Assembly: GCA_951406725.2 (NCBI GenBank)
Contig: OX597814.1
Location: forward strand, 108,996,001 to 109,060,000
Source of the DNA: Octopus vulgaris
Lineage: Eukaryota
Direction: 5' to 3'
Length of the DNA: 64,000 nucleotides
Within the stretch, counting starts at the first letter, position 1; each line of letters begins with the position of its first letter. A model generated the notes under the pieces. That model ran no database searches. It saw nothing but the letters and a program-made list of their open reading frames with translations, and had not been told where the DNA came from. Shown piece by piece: positions 13,120 to 24,675 of this stretch. A program made the translations under genes and the position numbers.

Positions 13120-13949
13120 CTAGCAGTATTGCCCGGCTCGTGCGCTCGTGCGTTCTATGCACGGGCGAATTAAGCTAAATTTGGATGAAGTTCAATCAAA
13201 ATTAAATTATTTTGGTTTTAAAATCAAGCATTTAATGCCCTCTACTTTTGCGCTTATGTGCTCCATTTCCTCAATAGGAAGTATGTAGAAGCGTTTCATA
13301 AATTTTTGTTGATCAAATAGTTGCATTGTTGAATTATTCTTTTAGATCAGTATTTCTCAACGGGGATTTCAGGGGAGAGTTTCAGGGAGTCGCTGGCGAT
13401 GTATCGTGATGATCAATAATCTGGCCAGCTAAAATTTGGTTAAAGTGATTCAAACTGCAGACTCAACGCAAAATGGTCACGTTTAATTCAAAGCGTTAAA
13501 AATGTTATGAAAACAATTAGTATGTATTCACAAAGTCCAAACGATTAATACGAAAAAACCCTCCAGGCTACATCCCGAAAATTCATTTGTTTGCCGAATT
13601 TCTACAATGTTTACGCCGATTCATTTTTATATCTTGATTTTTTATTTTTCATGCAATTTATGCATGCTTGCGCGCGTGGTGAACACAGTTCACATCAAAC
13701 AGCTGACTGAGTAAAGTTCACTATTCAATGCATGGGATAAGGCCTAAACAAACACATTATCGATTTTTGCACTTGCGAGATGAATTTCGGAACAGAAATA
13801 GCAGAGTTCAATTTTCATTCACCTAAACTTTAAGTGACCCATTTTTGGTGGTTCTATGATTAGTTGGCTAGGAGGAGATGTGCCAGGAAGTTAAACACAC
13901 AGACACACACACACAGATACACACACAAGTTGAGTTTTATATATATAGA
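13120..13949 (-). mobile_element. Non-autonomous Helitron
   Basis: CTAG at 13120-13123 followed by CAGTATTGCCCGGC, like the 2620 copy. TC(TATATATAT) 5' end near 13949. Confidence 0.65.
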
Positions 13950-14136
13950 TATATAGTACAAAGTAAGATAGGGGTTATGGGTGTAACCCACTATGGGATA
14001 GCATGATAGCATTTATCCAATATACTGTTGGTACAGTACCCAGATTCTTAATACATAAATGTTTTTAACTGCAATGGAATTAACTCATTTATTGTATTAA
14101 ACAGGTGAAGGTAAAGAAATAAGTTTACTGTAAATT

Positions 14137-14387
14137 TATAATACAAATAAGAAAATGGAGAAACAAGTTTGTTCATCAACTTTCGGATATTATAATGTTG
14201 GATTATTTATTCATTTAACAAAATGAAAACATCAAAAGTATACATTTTATATGTATTCAATTATAAGATATATATGTATGCTTTTGATGTTCTCATTTTG
14301 TTAAATGAATAAATAATCCAACACTAGAATATCCGAAAGTTGATGAACAAACTAATTTTGTTTCTCCATTTTCTTATTTGTATTATA
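14137..14387. repeat. Imperfect foldback of Penelope-like terminal sequence (arms about 105 bp)
   Basis: TAATACAAATAAGAAAATGGAGAAACAA... and its reverse complement. The same sequence forms the arms of the 49928-50171 palindrome. Confidence 0.8.
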
Positions 14388-14425
14388 TATATATATCTTA
14401 TTGTGCCTGGGGAGAGTTGTAGTGC

Positions 14426-14628
14426 CTTAATATAACACACTCACCAGTTCAATCTCCACTCATTTCGTTATTTATCCCTGAAAGCTTTTGTCACTGCATT
14501 TAGAGCAATATCAATGGATTTTGACTCTCAAAATCCATTGATACAGTAACAAAAAGGCTTTCAGGAATAAATGAATAAACTAATATATAATTGAGTGGAA
14601 ATTGAACTGGTGAATGTGTTATATTAAG
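14426..14628. repeat. Imperfect foldback with a perfect 16-bp inner hairpin
   Basis: Outer arms CTTAATATAACACACTCACCAGTTCAAT and its complement. Inner TATCAATGGATTTTGA-CTC-TCAAAATCCATTGATA. Confidence 0.8.
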
Positions 14629-14832
14629 CGGTGTCAATTGAAAGCTGAAACAATGCAAAGTGCACTGTGGCCAGTGATGTATAACAACATCCAATAATCT
14701 GGTCAATACCATGATATACACACATACATATATACACTCACACACATATATAAAAGCATTACAATGTGTATATTGTCACTGTAGTAGGTATATATAAACA
14801 CTGGCGTGCATTCTGTTACAGTAGTATGTATA

Positions 14833-14879
<47 letters not shown>

Positions 14880-14938
14880 ATAACGGTGGGGGCATATTGT
14901 CACTGTAATAAACACACAGACAGAAACCATTTACAAAC

Positions 14939-15046
14939 CTTACTGGTGTTAATTATCTTAAAACGAGCTTTTGCTTTTTTGCCTACAATTACATTGCTGA
15001 ACATAAACTTCTTTTCTAATTCACCATAAACACCTCCACTGTCAAT
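14939..15046 (-). CDS. HYDIN: HYDIN exon: IDSGGVYGELEKKFMFSNVIVGKKAKARFKIINTSK
   Basis: Acceptor tttacAG, donor GTTTGT. 108 nt, phase 0 to 0. Matches HYDIN KFIFCNVLVGRQAKARFKISN. Confidence 0.9.
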
Positions 15047-15129
15047 CTGTAAATTGATAATAATAACAATTATAATAATAATAATGATAATAATAATGAT
15101 AATAATCAGAAATTCAAAAAATAGTGTTC

Positions 15130-15430
15130 ATGGGGACTGCCCATTTCCTACATATGTTGTCACTTGAGGTCTCAGGGTGAGACTTGGAGTCAACATGTAC
15201 AAATACAAAGCAAAAGTCAAACATAATAATAATAATAATCTTAAGTATGAAATAGCCCAGCTATGGGAAATGAAGAAGGTGAAGATAGTGGTAATTATTG
15301 TTGGGTCCTTGGGAACAGTATCAGAATGCATCAAGGGGAATATAAAGAAAATTGGAATAGAGTTCCCAGTAGAACTGTTACAAACAATTTAACTCCTTGG
15401 CATGGCAGGAATAACCAGGAAAGTACAATG
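15130..15430 (+). mobile_element. Short 3' fragments of R4/Dong-like LINEs between (AAT)n runs
   Basis: 15160-15225 matches the 3' UTR at 60445-60505. Peptide KYEIAQLWEMKKV..IIVGSLGTV is an RLE C-terminus. Confidence 0.65.
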
Positions 15431-15678
15431 ATAGATGAAAAGAATGGAGAACATGGTACTGTCGTTTTACTTGGAAAGAAATGCAGCTATTCTAGTTTAA
15501 TTTTGAATGTTTCAGCATTTCCTGTCTTTGATACTGCTGCTGCTGCTGCTACTACTACTACTACTAATAATAATAATATTGGAAATGCTATCATGTACAT
15601 TGTTTTGTCTTGGTATAAAAGATGGGCTACAACAAATATTTTGCTCAATACTACAGATTTACTTGTCAGTTGATTAAC

Positions 15679-15721
<43 letters not shown>

Positions 15722-15981
15722 TCTTCTGGAGGAGTTACCTCAATCCTTTCTATATTAACCAAAATGAAGTATATTGACAGATTTATTTTTTGAACCAGTT
15801 GAAGACACTCGAGATGTCGAAATATCGTTCACTAGATAACAATGGCACTCTTCTTTTAATTTTGACTCTATATCTTCTGGAGGAGTTACCTTTATATATT
15901 AATAACAATAATAATAATAGTAATAATAATAATAATAATAATGATAATAATAATAATAATGATAATAATAATAATAATAAT

Positions 15982-17990
15982 AAGCGCAGAAATCTAAGCT
16001 CTTCACGGATTGATTATAAAAAAGCCTTTGACAGCATACCGCATTCGTGGATTTTGAAATCGCTGGACATTTTCAAAATATCTCCTGTGATTTCAGATTT
16101 TTTAAAGTATAATATGTCACTATGGAACACGAAGCTCCAATTATATCATTCTAATGGAGTATTGCGCTCAGACAATATTAGCATAAACTGTGGCATTTTC
16201 CAAGGTAACTCACTTTCACCAATAATTTTCTGCATAGCACTAATACCACTCTCAAGTGAACTGAATAGAACAGGATATGGCTACAAAATTGACAACAAGA
16301 AAATAAGCCATCTATTTTATATGGATGATTTAAAACTATATGGCAAAGATAATGAAGAGCTTGAAGGATTATTACATACTGTGAAAGGATTCAGTGATGA
16401 TATCAGGATGGATTTTGGCCTTGAAAAGTGTGCTAAAGCCACTTTTAAGAAAGGGAAATTGGTAAAGTCTAGTTCAATCGAATTAGATGTCGAAACAGTA
16501 ATAAAGGAACTTGAGCAGGTACAAACCTATAAATACCTAGGAATAAATGAAGGCTCTGGTATCCAGCATGCAAGCATGAAAGAGAAGTTTAAGAAGGAAT
16601 GTTATAGAAGAGTTCGAGCAGTCCTGAAGTCTGAGCTGAATGCATATAATAAGGTGTTAGCCATAAATTCCTGAGCAGTACCAGTTGTTCTTTATAGCTT
16701 CAATGTGCTTAACTGGAATACCAGTGAAATAATGAAAATTGACAGAAAAATCCTCAAACTCCTGGCTTGTAATAAGATGCACTATCCAAAGGCAGACGTG
16801 GATTGTTTTTACCTTCTCAGAGCTCAGGAAGGTCAAGGTTTGAACTTACATACAAAACCACCACAATCAGACTGGCCAAATACCTTGAAGCAACCAAACA
16901 TGAAAGACCGAAAAAACTTCACTCTATTCTCAAAGAGAGCAAAAAATTCGCTGCTGATCTCTTAGATATCCACCAGATTGATCAGGCTGAAGGAAATGCG
17001 CCAACTGCTACTGCAAAGAAAATAAAATTAATTACAAAGACAAAAGCACATGAAAACTTAGCTAGCAGATGGGAACAGAAACCTCTCCATGGCAAGTATG
17101 TGGCCCATAGCAAACAAGCTGATGTCGACCTGAAACATACGCACCAATGGTTACGAAGCTCAGGGCTAAAAGCAGAGAGTGAAGGTTTCATATTAGCTGC
17201 TCAAGACCAAAGCTTATTAACCCGAAACTACCAAGCCAATGTGATAAAAAAAATGGAGCTGACCCAAAATGCCGATTCTGTAACAATGAGATTGAAACAA
17301 TATACCACCTAATCTCAGGGTGTAGAGTCTTAGCACCTGCAGAATATAAAGCAAGACATGACAGAGTCGGCCAGTATTTACATTGGACAATATGTCGGCA
17401 TTACAAAATCAAAACCGCTGACAAATGGTATAAACACCATCCTGAAGCTGTGACTGAGGGAGAAAATGCATCAATTCTATGGGACTTCCCCGTACAGACC
17501 GACAAAACTATAAAAGCTAATAAACCGGATATTATTATAAAAGATCAAACAAAAAAGATGTGTTTATTAATTGACATGAGTATTCCTTGCGATCACAATA
17601 TAGAAATTTGACAAGATTAGTAAATATAAAGACTTGCTAATAGAAATTGAAAAAATGTGGCATCTCAAGGCGACCACAGAACCAGTGATTGTAGGATCTC
17701 TAGGAATTATAAAAAAAGGTACTGAAACCTATTTGAAAATGATTCCAGGCTTACCATCCTTACAGGAAGTGCAAAAAATCGTATTAACTGGAACGGCTAG
17801 TGTACTGAGAAGAGCATTATCGCTGTAAAAACAACATCCATCCATATTTATTAATTTTTAAATACATATTTTATCTGTGAATTTGCGCATGTAATCTGGG
17901 AATGCATACACTGAGCTTCTCTGCCCTAGGTGTATGGAAAACACTCGGCGAGAAACGGAAGAAAATTTGAAGAAAGAAGGAAAAAACATA
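15982..17990 (+). mobile_element. 5'-truncated R4/Dong-like LINE (RT + CCHC + RLE), degenerate
   Basis: Motifs DYKKAFDS, GIFQGNSLSP, FYMDDLKLY, RHD, KPDIII. (AAT)n on both flanks. Confidence 0.88.
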
Positions 17991-18395
17991 ATAATAATAA
18001 TGGTAATAATAATGCCGATGCAGTACCAGGCAAGTGGCTCTTGTGGCTTCTGATCTTAACTGATTGGAAGTGTTATCATGTACATTGTTTTGTCTTGGTA
18101 TAAAAGATGGGCTACAGCAAATATTCTGCTCAATACCACAGATTTGCTTGTCAGTTGTTTGACCATGCACATTAATTTCACAAGTGGGCTGTTCTGTTGA
18201 TCAGATCAACAGGAACCCTTGATTTAATAACTGTTGGAGTGCCAGTTTTTAAAAATTTAACATGGAATTTTAATGGAAACTTGGATCTGTTTAAAGCAGG
18301 GAGTTTGTATCATAGAACCACATAGGTTGGCATCAAAGGTGTTAACTAATTTAGCCAATAATTCTATCTAAAGATTCTACCAATGTTAAACTTAC

Positions 18396-18566
18396 TTTGT
18401 TGTAATGCTGCCAATGTGAAAGACTTTTGCAAATGCGTTGTTCCTCAAAGATTCTGGCAATATCATCAACACAAATGGATGGTGCACAAATCTCAGCTTT
18501 TAACAAATAAACAATGCCATGTGGTAATTTCTTGGGATCATGTTCACTGATGTCAACACATAATTC
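18396..18566 (-). CDS. HYDIN: HYDIN exon: ELCVDISEHDPKKLPHGIVYLLKAEICAPSICVDDIARIFEEQRICKSLSHWQHYNK
   Basis: Acceptor tttcAG, donor GTAAGT. 171 nt, phase 0 to 0. Carries an IFEEH/QRIC-type motif. Confidence 0.9.
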
Positions 18567-18659
18567 CTGAAAGACATTAAGCCATACATATAACTTCGAA
18601 GTCACTGTCACTTCTCTTCTTGCAAAACTATAATAAACATGTATTCTACAAAAACATAT

Positions 18660-19118
18660 TTATTTCTTTATTGCCCAGAGGGGGCTAAACATAGAGGGGA
18701 CAAACAAGGACAGTCAAAGAGATTAAGTTGATTACATCAACACCAGGGCATAACTGGTACTTATTTAATTGACCCCGAAAGGATGGAAGGCAAAGTTGAC
18801 CTCGGTGGAATTTGAACTCAGCAGACGAAATACCGCCAGGCATTTCGCCCGGCATACTAATGTTTTTGCCAGCTCGCTGTCTTTGATAGAATTATTTATT
18901 GCCCACAGGGGGCTAAACATAGAGAGGACAAACAAGGACAGACAAAGGGATTAAGTTGATTACATAGACCCCAGGCCGTAACTAGTACTTATTTAATCCA
19001 CCCTGAAAGGATAGAAGGCAAAGTCGACCTCGGTGCAATTTGAACTCAGAACGTAACGGCAGATGAAATACCGCTAAGCATTTTGCTCCGTGTACTAACG
19101 ATTCTGCTAGCTCACTGC
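18660..19118 (-). mobile_element. Two tandem tRNA-derived SINEs
   Basis: Minus strand GAGCTGGCAGAATCGTTAG...TTCTGAGTTCAAAT (A/B-box-like) followed by GCCTTYCATCCTTTCGGGGT. Same family at about 42360-42590, 55870-56100 and 62400-62625. Confidence 0.75.
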
Positions 19119-19222
19119 CCTTAAAAAATATTGAGTAGTTCTTCAGCTTCATGTTAAATTGGTTTTACTAAAACTTTACACAAAAACATACATTAATATT
19201 AATAGATACATCAATTAAAGTA

Positions 19223-19400
19223 GTGAGGAAGACAAACAATTAGTCAAGGCAGGACTATGGCATTTAATTTCATTTAATTCAATCAGAAAATAATAAAATA
19301 ATACAAAACTGTTTTTGTATTATTTGACTATTTTTTTAGATTCAATTGAATGAATTCAAATGCCATAGTCCTGCTTTGACTAATTGTTTGTCTTCTTCAC
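19223..19400. repeat. Imperfect palindrome of about 178 bp (MITE/foldback-like)
   Basis: GTGAGGAAGACAAACAATTAGTCAAGGCAGGACTATGGCATTT pairs with AAATGCCATAGTCCTGCTTTGACTAATTGTTTGTCTTCTTCAC. Confidence 0.8.
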
Positions 19401-19634
19401 CATGTTAACCAATACCTACTAACACAAAGGTAAGCTACCAACTGCCAATTTTTTCAAACAAGACATTCGCAAAACCACAACTCCAGCCACTGTTCTAACT
19501 GGAATTTTGGTGGATTACCTACAAGAGCACTCAGAATGCATACTTATTAGTTTGGCTTACCTTGACCTAAACTCCTCATACCTTCTCTATGTATATGTAT
19601 ATATGAATGTGTGTGTGTATATATATATATATAT

Positions 19635-20100
19635 GGGCATCCAGCTGTAAAAACACTGCCAGATCTGATTGGGACCTGCTGCAGCCTCCTGGCTTCCCAG
19701 GCCCCAGTTGAACCATCCAACCCATGCCAGTATGTAAAATGGACGTTAAACGATGATGATGATGATATGTCATCATCATCGTCGTCGTTGTCATCATTTA
19801 ATGTCCTCCTTCCATGCTGGCATGGGTTGGACAGTTTGGCAGCTGCTGGCCAGGCAGAAGCCTGCACCAGACTTCTGTGACTGTTTTGGCTGGATTTTTA
19901 CACCTGGATGCCCTTCCTAACACCAACCACCCAGCAGAGTGGACTGAGTACTTTTTATGTGGCACCAGCATACACAAGATCAGTTTTGGCATGGTTTCTA
20001 CAGCTGGATGCCCTTCCAAATGCCAACCACTTTACAGTGTGGACTGGATGCTTTTTAAGTGGCATTGGCACTGGCAGGATCACCAAGTAACTTGCAAAAC
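19635..20100. mobile_element. Tail-to-tail pair of RTE-tailed SINE-like elements with (GAT)n/(ATC)n tails
   Basis: GGCATCCAGCTGTA...GGACGTTAAACGATGATGAT followed immediately by the reverse-orientation copy. Confidence 0.7.
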
Positions 20101-21016
20101 AAGAATCCTTTGAGGGGAAGGGAGCACTGGGGGAGGTGATCTTGTGTCAGATGATGAAAGGTTATAATGAGACAGAGAGACAGAAACAGGTGTCTTGCTG
20201 TTTAGGAAGTACAAGGTAACTCAATCAGAGAGAGGGAGAGGGAGAGAAAGAGAGAAAAGGAGAGAGAGAGAGAGTTAACAAGAAAGAGGGCAGGAACAAG
20301 TGTGTCGCTGTAAAGGAGATAGATGGTTACCTAGGCAGAGGTAAGAGTAAGAGAAGGAGGGATTCGCTTTACCAGATGGAATTGCATGTCGTTCTCCTGT
20401 TGGCACCAGTTATCCTAGTGAGGATGTATGACCTACTGATCACGATGTTGCGATCACGATTGTGAGATTGTGGTTTCAATTCCTGGACTGGGTGGTGCAT
20501 GGTGTTCTTGAGCAAAACATTTCCTCTCACACCTTTCTGCAATCACTTCGACACCTGACGCATGGAACACCATGCACCTGTTCAGGTAACGTTGATTTGA
20601 TGCAGAGAGTGAGCTAATTAATGTACAACACATGCATTTGATCGCTATAAACAACCCATTTGTGCAGCTTGTTTGGCAAAAGCTGAAAATACTCATATGT
20701 CCACCATATATGCTGAGACCCCACTTCAGTCATGACTGACCATGGGATTGCACCTAGAAAGTTACCCTCCCAGACACAAGTCCAGGCAAGGTTATTTATG
20801 GAAGACCAGCAGTCTTCCCCTCTCCAAGGGAAAGGCAAAGGGGCCAATACAGCTTGGCACCTGTGACGTCGCAACTCATTCCTACAGCTGAGTGAACTGG
20901 AGCAACATGAAATAAAGTGTCTTGTTCAAGAACACAACACGCAGCCCGGTCAGGAATTTGAGCTCACAACCTCATGACCGTAAGCTCGATGCTCTAACCG
21001 CTGAGCCATGTGCCTT

Positions 21017-21018
<2 letters not shown>

Positions 21019-21072
<54 letters not shown>

Positions 21073-21309
21073 TATACATATATACACATATACATATATA
21101 CACATATACATATATACATATATATATATATACATATATATACACATATACATATATATATATATACACATATACATATATATATACATATATATACATA
21201 TATATACACATATACATATATATATATATATATATACACATATATACACATATACATATATATATATATACACATATATACACATATACATATATATATA
21301 TATATACAC

Positions 21310-21341
<32 letters not shown>

Positions 21342-21457
21342 ATATACACATATACATATATATACACATATATATACACATATACATATATATATATATA
21401 TACACATATATATACACATATACATATATATATATATATATATACATATATATACAC

Positions 21458-21489
<32 letters not shown>

Positions 21490-21707
21490 ATATACACATA
21501 TACATATATATATATATATACACATATATATACACATATACATATACATATATATATACATATATATACACATATAGATACACATATACATATATATATA
21601 TATATACATATATATACACATATACATACACATATACATATATATATACATATATATACACATATACATATATATATACATATATATACACATATACATA
21701 TATATAT

Positions 21708-21754
<47 letters not shown>

Positions 21755-22084
21755 ATATACATATACATATATATATATATATATACATATATATATACAT
21801 ATATATACACATATACATATATATATATATATACATATATATACACATATACATATATATATACATATATATACACATATACATATATATATATACATAT
21901 ATATACACATATACATATATATATATACATATATATACACATATACATATATATACATATATATACACATATACATATATATATATATATACATATATAT
22001 ACACATATACATATATATATATATACATATATATACACATATACATATATATATATATATACATATATATACACATATACATAT

Positions 22085-22118
<34 letters not shown>

Positions 22119-22186
22119 ATATACATATACATATATATACACATATACATATATATATATACATATACATATATATACACATATAC

Positions 22187-22218
<32 letters not shown>

Positions 22219-22272
22219 ACACATATACATATATATATATATATATACATATATATACACATATACATATAT
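21019..22272. repeat. Compound (TA)n/(TACA)/(TACACA) microsatellite, about 1.25 kb
   Basis: Direct reading. Confidence 0.97.
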
Positions 22273-24549
22273 GATTGATTGATTCTAGTTTCAGCTTATG
22301 AGCTGTGGCCATGCTGGGGCACCGCCATTTGGTGTTGCTACTTGGTTTCACTTCATGGAGGCTTTCTAGCAACTGCTTTTGGTGCATGAGAGAGTTCGAT
22401 GCAGCTGCCCTCATCTGCCCCTCCTGCCGTGAAGTTGGTTCATCTGGGACACCTGACAGGAAGAGATCCAGCTTCATTTTAAAGACATCTGTATCCACCC
22501 CATGCAGGTCTCTCAGGTTCATCGGGAGGATATTGAAGAGCTGTGAGCCTCGGAAGCCCAGGCTATCACAGAATCTTGTCCTACATCTTGATGGCAAGTT
22601 TGGAGTCCTAGGCACCACGCAGTGGCGCCCAGTTCTGGCATTTGCGTAACTCTCGATGCCAAAGTTCAGGACACTTCCCTCCAGGATCTTCCAGATGTAT
22701 ATTATGGCATATCTTTCCCGCCTACGCTCCATTGAATATAATTTTAATCTCTTGAGTCTTTCCCAGTAGCTTACATTCTGCATAGAGGCTATCTTCTTCG
22801 TGTAGCTTCATTGGATCGCCTCAAGTTCTGTGATCAACTTGACACTGGATGGTGACCATAGCTGAGAGCAATAGTCAAAGTGACTTAGGACAAGTGTCTT
22901 CCAGAGGACCATCATGGTTTCTTGTTTTCTTGTTCTAAAGGTTCTAAGAATCCATCCAGCCAGCCGTCTGCATTTCATTGTCAGTTTAGCAACATGTACA
23001 TGAAAGGTCGCGTCATCACTTATGTGAATACCCAGGTCACGCACTGATTGTGCCTCTGGGATTGCAATCCCTCCGGGTCCAGTGTATTCCTTGGGTATTG
23101 CATTCAGTTTTGCATGCTGATAGTATAAAGCTTGAAACTTTTCAGCATTGAACTGCATGCTATTCTTTTCAGCCCACTTGTATATTTCGTCCAGCTCATA
23201 TTGCAGGTGCCTAGTGTCTTCAGGGTTCTGTATTGCCTGTGAAACTTTTGTATCATCTGCATAACTTGTGATCGTGGCTCTCCGCGTGGCTGAGGGCATG
23301 TCTGAGAGGGCCATTATGAACAGTAGTGGTCCCAAAACAGTGCCCTGTGGAACACCGCTCACTATTTGCGTGCTAATGGAAGTGGCCCCATTGGCTACTA
23401 CCACCTGACTTCTATTCTTCAGAAAGTCGTGAAGCCATTCTCCTAGTTTTCCAACTATGCCAAGATCACGCAGCTTGTGACATATCATTCCATGATCGAC
23501 TTTATCGAAGGCCTTTGCGAAGTCGAGATATATGACTTCCACATTTGAGTGGTTGAGCAGTTGTTTCAGCACCCAGTCATAGTGCTGCAGGAGCTGAGTT
23601 AAGCAGCTTCTTCCTGGTCGGAAACCATGTTGGGTGTCAGGCAGCAAGTCATTTTCTTCAAGGAAGGTGATTAGTTTCCTTCTGACTATTCGTTCCATGA
23701 CCTTGCTGATGTGTGAGGTCAGAGAGATAGGTCTGTAGTTCTTGGCCTCCGCTCTGCTACCTCCTTTATGAATAGGGCATATTTTACCTTCCTTCAGTTT
23801 TCTTGGAAGTTTGCCAGCTGCAAGGAAGCTCTGAAAGAGGAACTGCAGTGGTCTTGCTAAGACTTTCTTACATACTTTTAGGAGGATTGCCGGAAATCCA
23901 TCGGGGCCAATAGCTGAGTCTATTTTCATTTCATCTATAGCCTTTATTACATCGTCTTCCTTTATATCGATGTAATTTAACGTCGCCGCCTCTAATTCTA
24001 TATCTGCAGTGGTAAAAAGTCAGTTGGATTGCTGATTTGGAAATGCCCAAGGGGTGGAGTGAAAACACTCTTGAATTGTTCATTCAGTATTTCACTTACC
24101 CTCATTGGTTTTCCTGTGAGTGTGCCATCCTTTTCAAGGAGTGGCCCTATCCTACAGTGCACCGTAGCTGTTTCTTTGGCATACCTGTAGAAAGCTCTGG
24201 GGTTAGTTTTTATGTTGTCTATAGCCCAGGCTTCTTTGTCTGCTCTTTCCTTCTCATGGGAGAGTTGCAGACAATTTTCAATTTCCAACAGTTTTATTTT
24301 CAGGCGGGACTTTTCACTGCTTTCAATTTGTTTGTTTAGGCGATTTGAAATTTTTGTACACCGTCTCATTAAAATTATTCTCTCTCTGGGGATTTTGTTC
24401 TTGTGTACAGTGGCCTTTCTCTCTGGGACATATTTGTAGCATATGGCCTGCATTACAGACATGAATTGTTGAAGTATCATGTCGATGTCCGGCGAGGAGA
24501 GACATTCAGGCCAGTTTTGTTTGAGGATCTCTTTCTCAATTTGTTTCCA
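22273..24549 (-). mobile_element. LINE copy A: 5'-truncated APE/RT-type LINE (Proto2/CR1-like), RT plus 3' end, disabled
   Basis: Motifs YRPISLTS, DFAKAFDKVDH, GVPQGTVLGPLLF, YADD. TGA at 22808-22810 and a frameshift near 24015. (AATC)n tail. (TA)n on both sides. Confidence 0.92.
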
Positions 24550-24619
24550 AATGTTGTATATATATATATATATATACATATATATACATATATACATATA
24601 TATATATATGCATATATAT

Positions 24620-24656
<37 letters not shown>

Positions 24657-24675
24657 TATACACATATACATATAT

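Noticed and set aside
20922-22278. Long Y/I/H/T-rich ORFs (also 27442-30132, 34343-34617, 38138-39007, 39297-40416)
   Set aside because: They are stop-free translations of (TA)n/(TACA)n microsatellites in several frames, not genes.
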